Assembly (NCBI GenBank): GCA_043228905.1 | Contig: JBHGNT010000005.1 | Span: forward strand, 12,090,001-12,154,000 | Reading direction: 5' to 3' | DNA length: 64,000 bases | From: Azolla caroliniana | Taxonomy: Eukaryota > Plantae > Polypodiophyta | In this document: positions 13,291 to 27,100 of the stretch, piece by piece | Numbering within the stretch: position 1 is the stretch's first letter | Layout: every line of letters begins with the position of its first letter | Notes under the pieces: generated by a model | What the model saw: the letters and a program-made list of their open reading frames with translations, nothing else | Databases searched by the model: none | What the model was told of the DNA's origin: nothing | Made by a program: the position numbers and the translations under genes

Positions 13291-14599
13291 GGTAATAAAA
13301 TCTAATTATCCCATGGATATTAACGGAATACCTATATATCTACCATCCATGACTTGCATTCTATTGCTCCACCTCATTCATTTATGTCTGCTTGACTAAT
13401 TGAATAGAGAAATAGAGTGAGATGTATTGTGGTAATTTCATGAAAACAATGGGTCTTCTTCAAATAAATCTTCCTTTAGTTGGGTATTTCATTGCATGAT
13501 CAATATTTAAATATAATGCTCGATTAGGCCTTGTTTGTTGTTTATGTTTTTAATAAACCAATATATCTATTAGAGTGGTTGTTTTGGTCAGAATAAGTAG
13601 GTTGAGAATTCTTCGAGAAGATGTGCATTCAAGGAGAATATACATGTTCCGATATCAGTAATTGGAGACGGTTGAATTGAATTAGTTACTCAAGCTTTTC
13701 TAAGATTAGTGTAATGTACGTGCTTTCATTGACACGCAAAAAATGGCGATATGAATTTGAATATAAGAAAAGTTGAGCATAGCATATTATCCCCCTCTCA
13801 TACATTCAAAAGCCATGGAGTGACAACTTGAAGTGCTATAAATTTCCCTAATCTTCTCCATGACCCAATCAAGCTCATCCTTTGTAGCTGCATTTAGATA
13901 TCATTACATGCATTGCATCAATTGATCTGAACCATTTATCCAACTTCCGAACGTGATTGCAACTTCATGTTTTTGTTATGTCCAAATACAAGTGATCACA
14001 ACCAATGGTTTATTAAATCTGTGATACCACGACATGACCTTTGAAATAAAAAATTGATAGCAAATGGCACCTTAAACTCATGGTCAAAGTTATCACATGA
14101 AGAGAATTCATAATAATGATCACATCATTGGTTAATTAAGCGTATAATATAACGTGACACGACCTTCAACGTTTTTAAAATACAAACATCAATAACATCA
14201 TATCAGCTTTAAACTCCTACACTCAACAATCTTTAATAACATAAAGAGTGCTAAGTGATCACACCTTACAAGCTACATAGACTTGGTCAAATATCCCAAA
14301 ACTAATATTCCACACCACCTTCTAAGTTTGATGTAAAATAGTTCCTAACATTATAACTTCTTCATGCATTAAAGTTAAACATCAATACATCATGTCATCT
14401 CTAAAGTCCTTAACAAATACTTTTTTTTTACTAACACAAACAAGCAACACGTCCTAAATCCCCACATAAACCATATTGACTTATCTTAAATCTTAGAGAA
14501 CTACAATTCCTATCTAATACCAATCAAATCAATATCACATATGATATTGTTCTAATCTATTCATAAAAATAGTTAGTAAAATATATGAGGTAGATCAAA

Positions 14600-15560
14600 T
14601 TCTCCGTAGAATGTCTTTCGATCTCAAGGAACCCTTTTTCATGTCGTTTTGTAGTCTTAAACGTGTCCATTGGTTCCTTTCACATGTTAGGTTCATAGAG
14701 ATTCCACAATGTCTTACATCAATGGAAAACTTCAACCTTCAAATTTAGCTTATGATGTTATTTGCTCTATGATGAACAATGTTCCTTTTGGAAGGGTCTC
14801 TGGCATCTCCACATGCCTAAGAAGATCAAGATATTTGGGTGGCAGATCGGCCATAACATGGTCCCTGTTAGTGAATGAGTAGGTAAACGTGGTGGCCCAA
14901 TAGCTTGCCCACTATGTTCTTCACCTATTAAGACTTGGAGACATTGTTTGTGGGATTGCCCTCAAGGTTAGAGGGTATGGAACAAAGTGACTTGCCTCCT
15001 AGCTGCTTGCGAAATGGAAGGAACAACATTGTGAAGCGCAAACAGCTTGGATCGATCTCTTGGTTGATAGTTGGACGGGCACCTTCAATGCAGATAGTTA
15101 GTGCTATAAATGCACAAGAGGTAAACTTGTCAAGACCTGATTTGAGAGAGGCTTGAAGACCGCATCCCCTTGGTTGGGATATTTGGATGTTGATCCCAAG
15201 CTTCACCTTGTGATATGTATGGAAAGCACGTTGCCTAAAGGTCTTCCAAGATCTGATACGTCCCCCCAGAGGAATTGATCATGGATATATGGTTCGCGAT
15301 TATTAGTTGCCTATGAGGGCAATTAGACAAGGTTTGCGGCCAGTCCAATGACGTGGTCACTGCCCATTTGCGCTTCAGATGAAAGAAATGGTGGAACACA
15401 CCAATGGCGATGCATAGAGGAAACAAACCGAGGTAGAACTACCAACCCCCACCCCCACACTGGTTGTTTCCTACTCACCTCCCACCCTCCCTTCATTGTA
15501 GCCGACAAGATCCGGCCCAATATTGGTCGGTGATGAAGGGCACTTATTTATAGCTATAGA
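14600..15560 (+). mobile_element. Degenerate L1-clade LINE ORF2 3' region
   Basis: ETxxHCLWDCP zinc-finger remnant and IWMLIPSFTL*YVWKARCLKVF, typical of L1 C-termini; many stops; boundaries approximate. Confidence 0.6.
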
Positions 15561-16310
15561 TACCTACTTGTACGTAGTTTCATATTCTTGAACTCCATAT
15601 TGAGATAATCTCCCTCACATTGCAAGCACAAAATGTTTTTAACATAATTCACAACCTTCTTAGTAAGGGTAATTCCATTTAAAATGTTGTCTATATACAC
15701 ATCAATTTGCCTCTAATCAACCAATGCTTCTCTTTGCCACAATGCATGCATCATGCATGGTACCCACCAAAAAGGTCCCAACAAAGTATTTATGCATGCC
15801 AATTTTAATCCAATCAACAAATGCTTTTTCATTAGAGCTAAGTTAACGGAGATAGTAGTAGACTTAATGGCCTTACATTAGAGATAAGTCAATATGATGA
15901 CATTGAGTATAGAGTCTAACTTAAGCACCTTTAGATTGCCAATGTAAAGGACATGTATCCACACTCATTAATCACCCTAATATTTGGACAATGAAGGACA
16001 TGTTATCGACTGGTGTGCAAACTTAATGAATGTATAACCAATCTTGGAAGAAAATGAAAAGATTGGAGGAAAAATTGGGGGGACGTATAATATGACGTTG
16101 ACGAACTTATACATAAAGGGTGTGCCAAGCAAGCATGACAAGTATGGATTGTAAGGACACAAGTTAAGTAAGTAGAGGGAAGGCAACCCAAACAATATGC
16201 AGAGGCAAGTTTTGTTGTAAGGGATCAGAGTTTATAATTCAAATGGTGTGTTATATGGGAGACAATGTGTGTGTGATGTAAGAGGATCCGAGGCAACGAT
16301 GGACCAGTGC

Positions 16311-16352
16311 GGATGGATGGATGGATGGATGGATGGATGGATGGATGGATGG
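16311..16352. repeat. (GGAT)n microsatellite
   Basis: About 10 perfect GGAT units. Confidence 0.95.
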
Positions 16353-16566
16353 TCCTCTAGAGTCAGACAGACTAGAGCGAGCTGTTGATGAATATGAGTA
16401 GTGTAAATTAGCATTATGGACCCGACCATATGGGGAGGAGGGAGGAGTCAGGAGTGGTAAGAAAGAGCCAAGAAAGCAACCTGAACCAAGTGGGACGGAT
16501 GATGATGATGACGATGGCCTACACAGGTGAAAAAGAGGAAGGGAGGTCAATGTGATTGATGAAGAA

Positions 16567-18843
16567 TTAATCGGAGGAGGCCAATGTGGAGGAGGATGAG
16601 GAGGCGGCGGAGGAGCGAGAGTTGTTGTGGTTGTTGTCGGTGGTGGTGGTGGTGGTGGCGGCGGCGGTACATTCGGCGCACATGTAGTTACAGTGGTAGT
16701 GTTGGTAGACCTTGGCTTTGAAGACAAGCTTAGGGGAGATGAAGCCAGGCATGACCATGAATTGGACCTTGGGGGGTGGGGGGCAATGGGGGCAGGCAGA
16801 GGCAGGAGGAAGAGGAAGGACAGGTTGGACGTAGAGAGGGTGAGCGTCCATGCCCCTGGCCACGCGGATGATGTGGATACATGGGTTGCTGGCATTGGCC
16901 AGCCTGTGCAGCATCCACACGCTCTTGGCGGCTCTGAGGAAGGCCTCCATGAACCTGTCCCTCTCCCCTGCCTTCCTGTAGCTCATCCTCCACTTCCTGC
17001 ACATCCTGGCCACCTCCTCGCTCTTGTTGACGCAGTACCTGTGGAAGCCGCCGTCGTAGGTGGCGCTGTGCATGGCCAACGCATCCTCCGCGTCCACGGC
17101 CTTGATGGTGAGGTACTCGTGGAACCTCACCCCCACCCTCGCCTCCTGATCCAATATCTGCGTCACCCCCGTGTCATCGAAGCTGTCGTTCTCGAAACAC
17201 CGGAACATCACGTCGCATATCCTTGCCTCCAGCGCGTAGCTGGCGTGCACCTTCCGGTAGAAGACTGTGTTGGGCTCCATGTCCGTCAGGGTCTTGATGA
17301 GGCTGTATCCGGAGAGGACCATCTGTTGCATGTAGACACGGCAGAAGAGGTTGATCTCTGACCGGCACCGGAGGAGTGCGGCTTCGAAGAGGAGGACGAT
17401 GTGGTCGGGGTCTGGGACTAAGTGCGGCGATCGGTTCCCATCCAGGGATGTTCGGATGAAGTAAGAGGAGCAATTGGAGATGTTATCCATGGACCTATTA
17501 TGATCCGAGGGAGGGGTGGTGGCTGCTGCCCCTGCCCCTGCCCCTGCCCCTGCCCCTGCCCCTGCTCCCATATGAAGGTGGATGTTATGATCAGAGGCTG
17601 TAGGCGCATGTGCTTCGGACATGGTGGCGGTGGCCGCCGCTGCTGCCGATGATATTTGTGCATTAATAGTTTCAGGGTTATTCACGAGACAGTCATAGGC
17701 TTGCGCTGCCAACATCCCTAAGTGAGATTGCGATGTTGCCACACCATTAGTGCTGCTGTTATTATTGAAGGGAGGAGGCAGAGCTTCGGAGTAACTGCTG
17801 CAAGCGTTGGGTATAGTTGGTGGTGGGCCACCGAACACCACCTGATGATCGCTGCCAGTCTGTCCTGCAAGGGGATGGTGATGATGCTGCTGGTGGTGGT
17901 CAAGCTGGCATTCCACCACCGCTCGTTGTTGGCGTGAACGCCAGTCATGGCTAGGGTTGACGGCAGCAGCAGTTCCATTTCCAGCACTCAGGCTGAGGCT
18001 GAGGCTGAGGCCACCGTTGGACGTGTTCGGATTGATGAGAGGGGAGGTTTGCGTTGAATTGTGCATGGAGTTGATGCTAATGGTATCGTGGGTGGTACAA
18101 CTGTATCGCTTCTCCAGGAAATCGTTCTCTTGAGAAGCCAGGGCGGCTTGCTGCTCCATTTGCCATTCCCACATGTCCCTTGTCTCTTCTATCGCCGCCA
18201 GGGCTTCTAATTGTAAGGCATGTTGATGGTCGTACTGCTGTTCATGTGGTCTACATGGAGGATGCAAAACAGAAGATGAATTAGCAGAGGTAGAGTTGAG
18301 TGTCAACGGTTGCTTTGGCCTACAGAGGCAAGCCAGTGCACTGCTTAGTAGACCTCCTCCTCCTCCTCCACTTGAATTATTACTGTGATGACGATGATTA
18401 TTGATATGATGATGACTGTTGCTGTGATTGGTATTCATGTTTGATCTATGCAGATATAATTCATTGCTATATTGATCTCCACCAGTTACAGTTCCAGTGC
18501 CAGTGCCAATGCCTCCGGCCCCACCTCGGGTCACGCCATGTTTCCGGTCGGGTAGATTGATATGAAGTAGCTCTGGACCACTTCTCGTTAATGTGGATTT
18601 AGGGTTTGCATATACATGATGAGAGCGATGTGTTGACATGTGGTGGTGGTTATTTGTGTAGTGATGGTGAGAAGAGGAATTAGTTCTTCTGTGAGTATTG
18701 CTTGGATGCGGCTGATGAGGGTTAGGGTTAGGGTTAGGGTTAGGATGAGTAGTAGATGGATATGGTTGAACTGAAGATCTACAGTGGTTGATCCTGAGAG
18801 AAGCAAGCTCTGAATAGAGTGATCCATCTTCATTAGCATCCAT
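16567..18843 (-). CDS. GIL1 / IRK-interacting protein-like (IRKI family), 758 aa, single coding exon
   Basis: C-terminal ~280 aa has family motifs YALEARICxxMFxxFEN, FHRYCxxK, FLRAAKSVWMLHRLA, IIRVxRG and KVQFMVMPGF...VFKAKVY. N-terminus is low complexity, rich in H/N/G/Q/S. Confidence 0.85.
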   Translation of the reverse strand: MDANEDGSLYSELASLRINHCRSSVQPYPSTTHPNPNPNPNPHQPHPSNTHRRTNSSSHHHYTNNHHHMSTHRSHHVYANPKSTLTRSGPELLHINLPDRKHGVTRGGAGGIGTGTGTVTGGDQYSNELYLHRSNMNTNHSNSHHHINNHRHHSNNSSGGGGGGLLSSALACLCRPKQPLTLNSTSANSSSVLHPPCRPHEQQYDHQHALQLEALAAIEETRDMWEWQMEQQAALASQENDFLEKRYSCTTHDTISINSMHNSTQTSPLINPNTSNGGLSLSLSLSAGNGTAAAVNPSHDWRSRQQRAVVECQLDHHQQHHHHPLAGQTGSDHQVVFGGPPPTIPNACSSYSEALPPPFNNNSSTNGVATSQSHLGMLAAQAYDCLVNNPETINAQISSAAAAATATMSEAHAPTASDHNIHLHMGAGAGAGAGAGAGAAATTPPSDHNRSMDNISNCSSYFIRTSLDGNRSPHLVPDPDHIVLLFEAALLRCRSEINLFCRVYMQQMVLSGYSLIKTLTDMEPNTVFYRKVHASYALEARICDVMFRCFENDSFDDTGVTQILDQEARVGVRFHEYLTIKAVDAEDALAMHSATYDGGFHRYCVNKSEEVARMCRKWRMSYRKAGERDRFMEAFLRAAKSVWMLHRLANASNPCIHIIRVARGMDAHPLYVQPVLPLPPASACPHCPPPPKVQFMVMPGFISPKLVFKAKVYQHYHCNYMCAECTAAATTTTTTDNNHNNSRSSAASSSSSTLASSD

Positions 18844-19611
18844 GGGCAGAGTCTAGAGAAAGGCAGACAAGAAGAGAAGCAAAGAGAGGAGGAGGAGGAG
18901 AGAGCGCGGAGTTAATAATATATAACAGCAAAGAATCAGAAGCGTGTGTGTGGAAAAGAAGGATGAGCTCTGAAATGGTGATCCTTTCTTAGACTGAGAG
19001 TTTAAGGGGGAGCCAAAAAAGAGAATGGCTTCGCTTCTTCCTTCTTCTTTCAACTCATTTGCAGAGCAGAGCAGAGAGTCTTGGTTTTTGTTGTTCATTA
19101 TATTATTCATATTTTCTTTTCTTTGTTCGTGGTTTATTCTTGTCTTTTATCCATTTTCTATTCTCCTTATTTGTCTCATATGGCCTCTTGGTTGGCGTAC
19201 GTGTGTGTTCGCATTTCCTCTCTCTATCAATTTATTTTCATCTCTCTATATTACTCACTACTTTAACTGCTGCCGCTACTCTTAGGGGGAGGAGGGAGGG
19301 GCTGCTTCATCTCCTTAAAAGTAGAGAAAGAAGTTGGAGAACATTACTTCTCCCTATTTAAAGCGAATGTATAATAAAAATATATACTTGTTATTATTTT
19401 TCTTTATCACTTATAGATATTGTATCTTAGATGGTGTATATAATCATAATGATAATAATAAGAATAGTAGTATTTTATATTGATCTCTATACATAGCGTT
19501 CTTAAATTGATTTATTCACAAATTGGGTTTAATAACCAAGAAACATACTCTTCTCTCTCTCTCTCTCTCCAATTTTCCTGACTCCTTTTAAATACAAATA
19601 ACTCTTTTAAG

Positions 19612-19642
<31 letters not shown>

Positions 19643-22109
19643 AGAGCATCGAGCTTCAATTTTAAAAGAATCCAAACTCTCACTAAGTGTGCACTGTGAC
19701 TGTGTACCCATCCCATCCTCCCCCTCCTTACATGCTTCGGTTGGGTTCCTAACTTGGAACCTTACTCCACCGTCCTATGGACCTACGGATGTGACCCTAG
19801 GGGGGTGACTGTAGACCCATGGGTCAGTCAATTCCACATCGATGAGTAGTATTTGTCGGTCGCTGTGCGAGGAGCTCTTTAGCTTCGAAATCTTCCTCTC
19901 ACAATCCACCCATCTACGTGTGTACACATTGTTGCTCTTCCTAGTTTCTGGTTCTAAAGTATCATTATCCTACTCCTTTGGCATCAACCACACGCCGAGT
20001 ATATTTCTCAAATGAACACAATTGGACCTACTCCAAAAGCATGAGGTACAAAGGTTGTATTTTTCGCTTCCGAGTGGAAAATGCTCCCGAATGAGCATAT
20101 GGTTCAATAGAAGGTGCAACACTCACGACATTATGAAACTTTTGGGCTCTTAAACCTGAGCCTTTTAGGAAGTTAAAATGGTCTAGAATTCAATCTCTCA
20201 AGTTTCAACCAATATGAAACATGCTTCCATCGGAGAACCTTTAAACTTATCTTCACAAAAATGGAAATAAGTTTTCACATTACAACTCCAACGCTGCCCG
20301 CTCATCATTCTAGGATCTTCTTAATCGTATATTTTTAATGATATGTCATGTAAGATGATTTTGCTAACATGGCATTTCCTACAAGGCCAAATTTTGCCAA
20401 ATTGTTGCACTTCAAAGTATTAACTATTGTACTTGGGAAGCAGAAGGTGATATTAGATTTTTGATTTGTACATAAGAAAAGGATTTGAAAACCTTGCATA
20501 TATGTGATGATTGAATCATGTTTAAGCTCATATGAAATATGCATTGTGGATGTAGATAGATGTGTCCTTGTTTATACGATCGAAGATGTGTACTTGTTTA
20601 TATGATCGAAGATGAAGATGTGAAAGGACACGGTAACAATTTGAATGGGATGTTTAAGCATGAAAGGTATAGAAAAGCACATAGGATAGGCGAACCAGAG
20701 TATCTTTCTTTGCTTAGAACACATGTAGGTGTGTACTTGTTAATGCTCAGCACAGATGCAAATGTGTACTTGTTTCTGGATAGATTGGATATGGATTTCA
20801 CACTTGAAAAGTACGTGAAACTTGTAGGAACACATGGTTAGATATGAGGGACGGTGTATGTTTCCTTATCCACATGGATGGCTAGGACTTATTTAATGAA
20901 TAAAATCTTTGGTAGTGTTACATGATCTACAAATGCATTGAATCCTTACTTGGATTTGGAGAGAGTTTTTTTTAGTTTTGGCTAGGACATTATCTTCGTG
21001 TCTCTACAAATAATTATGTGTATGTGACGTAATGCATAACATATTCTCGAAGCTAATGCTATTTGAAGATCTCGATAAATTTTCATGAATAATCTTTTAT
21101 TATGGATGATTTAACAACGAGGTTTCCCTCTGTAGTTCTATTGTGGAAATATTTCAATATGTAAGATTATATCATTGCCCTACAATTTGAAACATATAAT
21201 GTTTCGTAAATTGATGTTCCTTGGTGTTTTTGTCGAATAATTTTTAGTTCCATTAAAATTGCGTCCTTGCCCCAAAAACATCCAATGCTTCGTAAATTGG
21301 TGTTCCTTGATAGTTTTATTGTGAAACTCTTTCTACCATTAAGATAATGTCCTTGCCCTACAATTAGAAATTTATACCCTCCAATACTATACTCGCCATG
21401 AGTGTTCAAAAAGTTCAACAATATAATTTTGTTGACTTACAAACAAGGATCATTGATCATGATGTTCGCGAATATGTCAATTAATTAAAGATCTCAACAA
21501 GTTTGAGAAGCGGAAAATGATGGATATTAGTAACATGCAATATAATAAATGATCCCAAGAAAAGAGAGGGCTTACCTTATATCGATTCCACAATATATGT
21601 TAATGAGATTAAGAACCTTGAGAAAACTAAACCCTTAGCATTTAGGGAATCTCGAGACCTTGCATACAAAATGAGATCATGGGTTGTCACAATGAGGGAG
21701 CACATTTTTGTTGCATATTCCCTTAAACCATGTTTAAGATACCACCACCTTGTCAATGTCGCGTGATATCCAAAAACACATAAAGTTGTCTCGTGGGGGT
21801 TCCTTGGGGTTATATTTAAGGGCATCAAATTAGCCTAAATTTATGTGAAGCTTTGGGAATCTCATATTAGCATGTGTGAATAAGTGCAAACTAATTTGTT
21901 GACCATGGTCAATGGAGAGTCATTGAGTAGTTAATATACTAGAGGGTAACCATTAGCTTTTGCGACTTAATGCACAATAGGAATATTAGAAAGTGTTTTA
22001 AATATTATTAGAGGCTAGTAATTATTAGTCTTCATGCAAATAAGCATGGCAGTGATACTAATATGTAGTCAGATTAGTATTTTGCTTTGTTTTATATCTT
22101 CAACCATAT

Positions 22110-24156
22110 TAATAATGCATAAACAAGTCAAATGTGTCTCCTTCAATATACGAGGTCTTTGTAACCTTGGTAAATGGAAATTATTTTGGAACTATATTAC
22201 CTCTTCTCAAGCAGATGTAATTTGTGTTCAAGAACATAAACAAGTTGAATTCAGTCAAGTTGGTACATTTCAAGGTTTTGACATCTTCTATGCAGGTCAA
22301 GGTACAACATTTGGAGTGCTTATGATAATAAAACATGAGCTAAATCCTACGGTTGCCTATAATGATCAATGTGAGAGGTGGATGGTTGTGCAATGCATGA
22401 TAAATGGCGAGACATATGATTTTGGTGGAATATATGCCCCGAATGCCTCAAGGGATAGAGCTTTACTTAGGCAAGACATTTGTGCTTATCCATGGCCACA
22501 AAATACATTTATATGTGGAGATTTCAACAACTCTCCAAATGCAGGTGATAACACTAGTGGGCACTCACATATGTTGAGAGAGGAACAAGGTTAGTGGTAT
22601 AATATGCAAAGCTCATTGGATTGGGTTGATTTATGGCAAATCACACACCCACGTGTTCATGGTTTTACCTTTCATCACACCACCTACTCCGCAGACTATG
22701 CAAGGCTTGATAGATTTTATTTGTTGCATGCTAGTCAATATGAAAATTTCACATGTACAATGCATATAGATCATGCTTTGCAGTTGTTAGATCATGTTCC
22801 TGTTTGGCTAGACCTTGATTGTGGGAATCATTCCTATGAAGTGCCTCTCCAAAGGAAGAGACTTATGCTCATTAACAACAACTACCTCAAGCATGAACTC
22901 TTCAAGAGGATGGTTTATGGCATAATACCTCCTCTTTATGTAGAAGTCAACATAGATGTTGATATAGCATGGGTATATTTTGTATGTATAGATTACAAAA
23001 AAAATACAAGAGTATGGGAAGTGGTATGTCTCAGGACAAAGAGATGACACTCAACAAGCCAAATTTACTTGTCAAGCCCTAACGAAGTTAGCACATAGAA
23101 GATCTTTGACTTTACATGAAGAGGATACATTGTGTATGGCCAAACACACATTGATGCTACATGACAAAAATAAATTGGAAAAATGGCAAGTTAAGTCAAG
23201 ACAAATTCCATTGAAAGAAAAAGGATGCTCTTCTAAATCCTTCTTCAAAAGGTTGCATCTAATACACCAAAGGGAATCCATTAAATTCATCAAAATTGGT
23301 GATGGTTTGTGGACTACAAACCGACTTGAACTAGCCAAGGAATGTGTAACTCACTTCTCTCACATCTTTGAGAACAATGTCATTGTTACAGATGAAGTTA
23401 GATAGGCTGGAGATACATTCTTGTCACTAGTTCAACCCACTATTTGTGTTGATAAAGCTATTGCTTTGGATGCAACATTCACAATGGACGAGCTCTTGGA
23501 GGCTCCAAAGGGCCTTGGGAAAGGCAAAGCGCCTGGTTGGGATGGTATTACGTTAGAGTTCATTGCAGAATTTTGGGATGTCCTTAAGGATTTAATCCTA
23601 TCTATGGCAAATAATGCTTGGCAACAATGGGATATGCCAATCTCATGGAAAGAAGGTTTGGTCAAATTAATACCCAAAAAGAAATTGTGTGAATCTTTTT
23701 CGGATTGGTGATCAATCAGTCTCATGCCAGTGATCTACAAACTTATTGCAAAGATAATTGTTAATCATATTAAGGACACTTTGTTGGGATGCATACATGT
23801 AAACTAGTACGGGTTCATTCCCCGAAGGCAAATTACAGATAATATTGCTAATGCTTATATTGGAATGGAGTATGCCAAATACACCAAACAAGATGTATTG
23901 CTCATGCAAATTGACATTGAAAAGGCCTTTGACACCATCCAATGGGATTTTGTGGCAGCCACAATGGTCAAATTAGGATTTGGTCCAAAAATGTCTTAAG
24001 TAATCTATTGACTTTATGGGTCTAGCATATCTTCATGCATTATTGGGGGTGAATTGACAGATGCATGGAGTTTAGCCAAATCAGTATGACAAGGTTGTCC
24101 TGTAAGTGCATTGTTGTATGTAATTGCAACTCATCCACTACTATTGTACCTGGATC
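22110..24156 (+). mobile_element. L1-clade LINE ORF2 pseudogene (APE endonuclease plus start of RT), interrupted by the Copia LTR at 24157
   Basis: SFNIRGL, DVICVQEH, IYAPN, CGDFN, ARLDRFY, DHVPV, KAPGWDG, KLIPK, DIEKAFD; multiple stops. Confidence 0.9.
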
Positions 24157-27100
24157 TGTTAGGAAACAGGTCCCTCCGAATGGGAAGTGAGAAGAACAGT
24201 GTTGATGAGCAACTCGACCGAGGTCGATAGGCCTCAGCCGAATCTGGATGTGGAGTACCCGGCAACGGAAGACCCGGTGAGAACCGTATGTGGAGTACTC
24301 GGCAACGGAAGACCCAGTGAGAACCGGATGACGAGTACCCAGCAAGGAAGACCCGGTGAGAACCTCTCATCGGATGGAAGGGACATATATGTAAATATGT
24401 TCAGAGAGCCCACTGGGGCAAACTTAATAGTTATGATGATAGAGTTATTGGTGTAACCTTTGTACAGTGCGTATAAGAGAGAGAGAGAGAGAGAGTGACA
24501 TACAGAGATTGTGTCTCTGTTGTAACCGCCGCTAGGTGAAGATTGTGAGCAAGAGGACGTTGCCTCTATGCTCCATGTTGTATTACTTTATAGAGTGATA
24601 GTTTGGAGTCTGTGGACTCCCGTGGTTTTTCCCTCTCAGGGTTTTCCACGTTAATATCTTGTGTATTCTCTTTTTGTTTTGTTGACTTACCTCCATTCCC
24701 ATTTAGTTTGTGGTTATTTATTTATTTATTTATTTCGATTGTCATCAAGTGATCTATGCTTCGGTTGTTGTCGGAGATTAATCCACGTATTTCACGTCAA
24801 ATTGGTATTAGAGCGAAACGGCACAAAAAAATGGACGATTCGTTGGGAGGCATGTTCAAGCTCACCGGTTCCAATTACTCAGTGTGGAAGTCGAAGATGA
24901 GGGACATGCTCGTGGTTAAAGATCTTTGGCTGCCGGTTCAGTTCGGGGACAAGAGACCGGACAAAATCGATGCCACGATATGGGAGGTGATGCACATGAA
25001 GACAACGGCGTACATACGGTGCTTCATCGACATGAGTCTATACAACAACTTCAATGAAGAGAGCAAGGCTCATGAGCTCTGGAAGAAGATCGACATTATG
25101 TTTCAGAACAAAAATGCTGTTAATCAGGTTTCGATATTTTGGAAGCTAGTAAGACTCTGGTACCAAGATGGCTCCAGCATGGCGGAGCACATGAATGCCT
25201 TCTAGGGCTGATCCACCAGGCAACATCATTGGAAGTACCTCTCGCCGATGAGGTACTAGCACTACTCTTGCTCGGTTCCCTCCTAGATAGCTGGGAGACG
25301 TTGGTTGTCACTTTGGGCAACGCCAGGCCGGAAGGGAAACGGTTATCCCTAGCAAGAGTGAAGTCGAGCTTGCTAGATGAGGAGGTGCGTTGAAAAGACA
25401 AGGATATGAACTCCGACTCCAAAGCGCTCATTACCGAATCGGAACGCGGAAGACAAAGGAACCGTAGTCCCCACAACCGGGAGAAGTCGGGGACACGATC
25501 AAAGTCAAGGGGGAGGCTGACCTGCTTCTATTGCGGCAAGCCGGGACACTTCCAGGAGAACTGTCGGCACTTCCAAAAAGACAAGGAAACCGATGGTACC
25601 GATTCGAAGCGGACACCGGATCGGAACGATAAAGACCGGAGGGGAACGGACCGGAAGGGAACGACGGCAATTGCGGCAAGTGAAGAAGAGTTGATGCTCA
25701 TCACTGAGGAGAGTGAGTTGAACCTTGCCGACGACGAGACAACGTGGGTTGTTGATTTCGGAGCGTCGTTCCACCTTACCCCGGACCGTAAATACTTCTC
25801 ATCCTACACAGCCGGTGATCACGGTTGTGTCCGGATGGGGAATGAAGGTACATGCCGAATTGTCGGCATAGGAGACATGTGGTTGACAACACCAACTGGA
25901 TGCAAGCTGTTGCTGAAGGATGTCCGACACGTTTCGGAGGTTCGACTGAACCTGATATCAGCCGATCGGCTAGATGATGAAGGCTACACGGGTAGCATCC
26001 GGAACGGAGTCATGAAATTTAGCAAAGGGAGCCTGATAGTGGCTCAGGCCCGGAAGGTCAACACGCTGTACCTGATGAATGCTCGGTTATGTCCGGAAGA
26101 AGTGAACGTGGCTTCCGACACTGCCGGTGAGTTGTGGCACAAGAGATTGTGTCACATGAGCATGAAGGGGATGAAGAGGCTTGCCGATGACAACCTCATT
26201 CCGGTGAAGAACGTGCATCTTGAGAGGTGCACCAACTGCCTAGCCGGTAAGCAAAACCGGACCTCCTTCCGATCAAGGCCACCGATGAGACGTAATGCAC
26301 CACTGGAGTTGGTGCATACTGATGTGTGTCAAGTGGACACGAAGTCACATGCCGGATCGCAGTACTTCGTGATGTTCATAGATGACCACAACCGGAAGCT
26401 GTGGGCCACACCGTTGAAGACGAAGGATCAGGTGCTATCCGTCTTCAAAGAGCTCCACGCGAGAGTGGAAAGAGAAACTAGCTGGAAGCTGAAGGCGGTT
26501 CGAGCAGATAACGGAGGAGAATACCGGGGGCAGTTCGAGGAGTACTGCCGCTCGAAGGGAATCCAGCTTGAATTTACCGTGCCGAAGACGCCGAAACTAA
26601 ACGGCTGACCGAGAGGATGAACCGGACCATAATGGAGAGGGTCCGGAGTATGCTGATGTATGCAAAATTACCCAAGACGTTTTGGGCTGAGGCACTGTCG
26701 ACGGCGACACATGTGATAAACAGATCACCCTCAATACCCTTGGACGGAGACACGCCGCAGAGAGTATGGACCGGTAAGGAAGTGTCCTACCGGCATCTGA
26801 AGGTGTTCGGGTGTCTCGCATACGTGCATGTAGCTAAGGACCGGAGAGGAAAGTTGGATCCAAAGACCCGACCATGCATATTCCTCGGTTACGGAGACGA
26901 TGAGTTCGACTACCGAGTGTGGGACCTGGCCGACAAGAAGGTATTTCGGAGTCGAGATATTATCTTCATGGAGGACAAGACGCTTGTCGACTGGGAGTCG
27001 GAGAAGAAGATAATGAACTCTGAGTCGACCGGTAAGGATCAATTCTACGATGAGCAGACCCAACTGGCAAGAGACTGGTTAGCACTCGATGAACCGGCTG

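Noticed and set aside
16251-17361. Overlapping ORFs 16627-17361 (+) and 16251-16895 (-)
   Set aside because: Shadow ORFs of a GC-rich CDS and microsatellites, with no recognisable motifs.
18719-18744. (TTAGGG)n telomere-like repeat
   Set aside because: Only ~4 units, lying in frame in the GIL1-like CDS where they encode NPNPNP; a coding microsatellite, not an interstitial telomere.
19700-22100. Short ORFs upstream of the L1
   Set aside because: No convincing domain; 21000-21900 (-) may be a decayed L1 RT, but I cannot support it.
24249-24365. CRISPR-like appearance of short repeats here and at 3886, 44230 and 59860
   Set aside because: Head-to-tail repeats without unique spacers, no cas genes, eukaryotic context.
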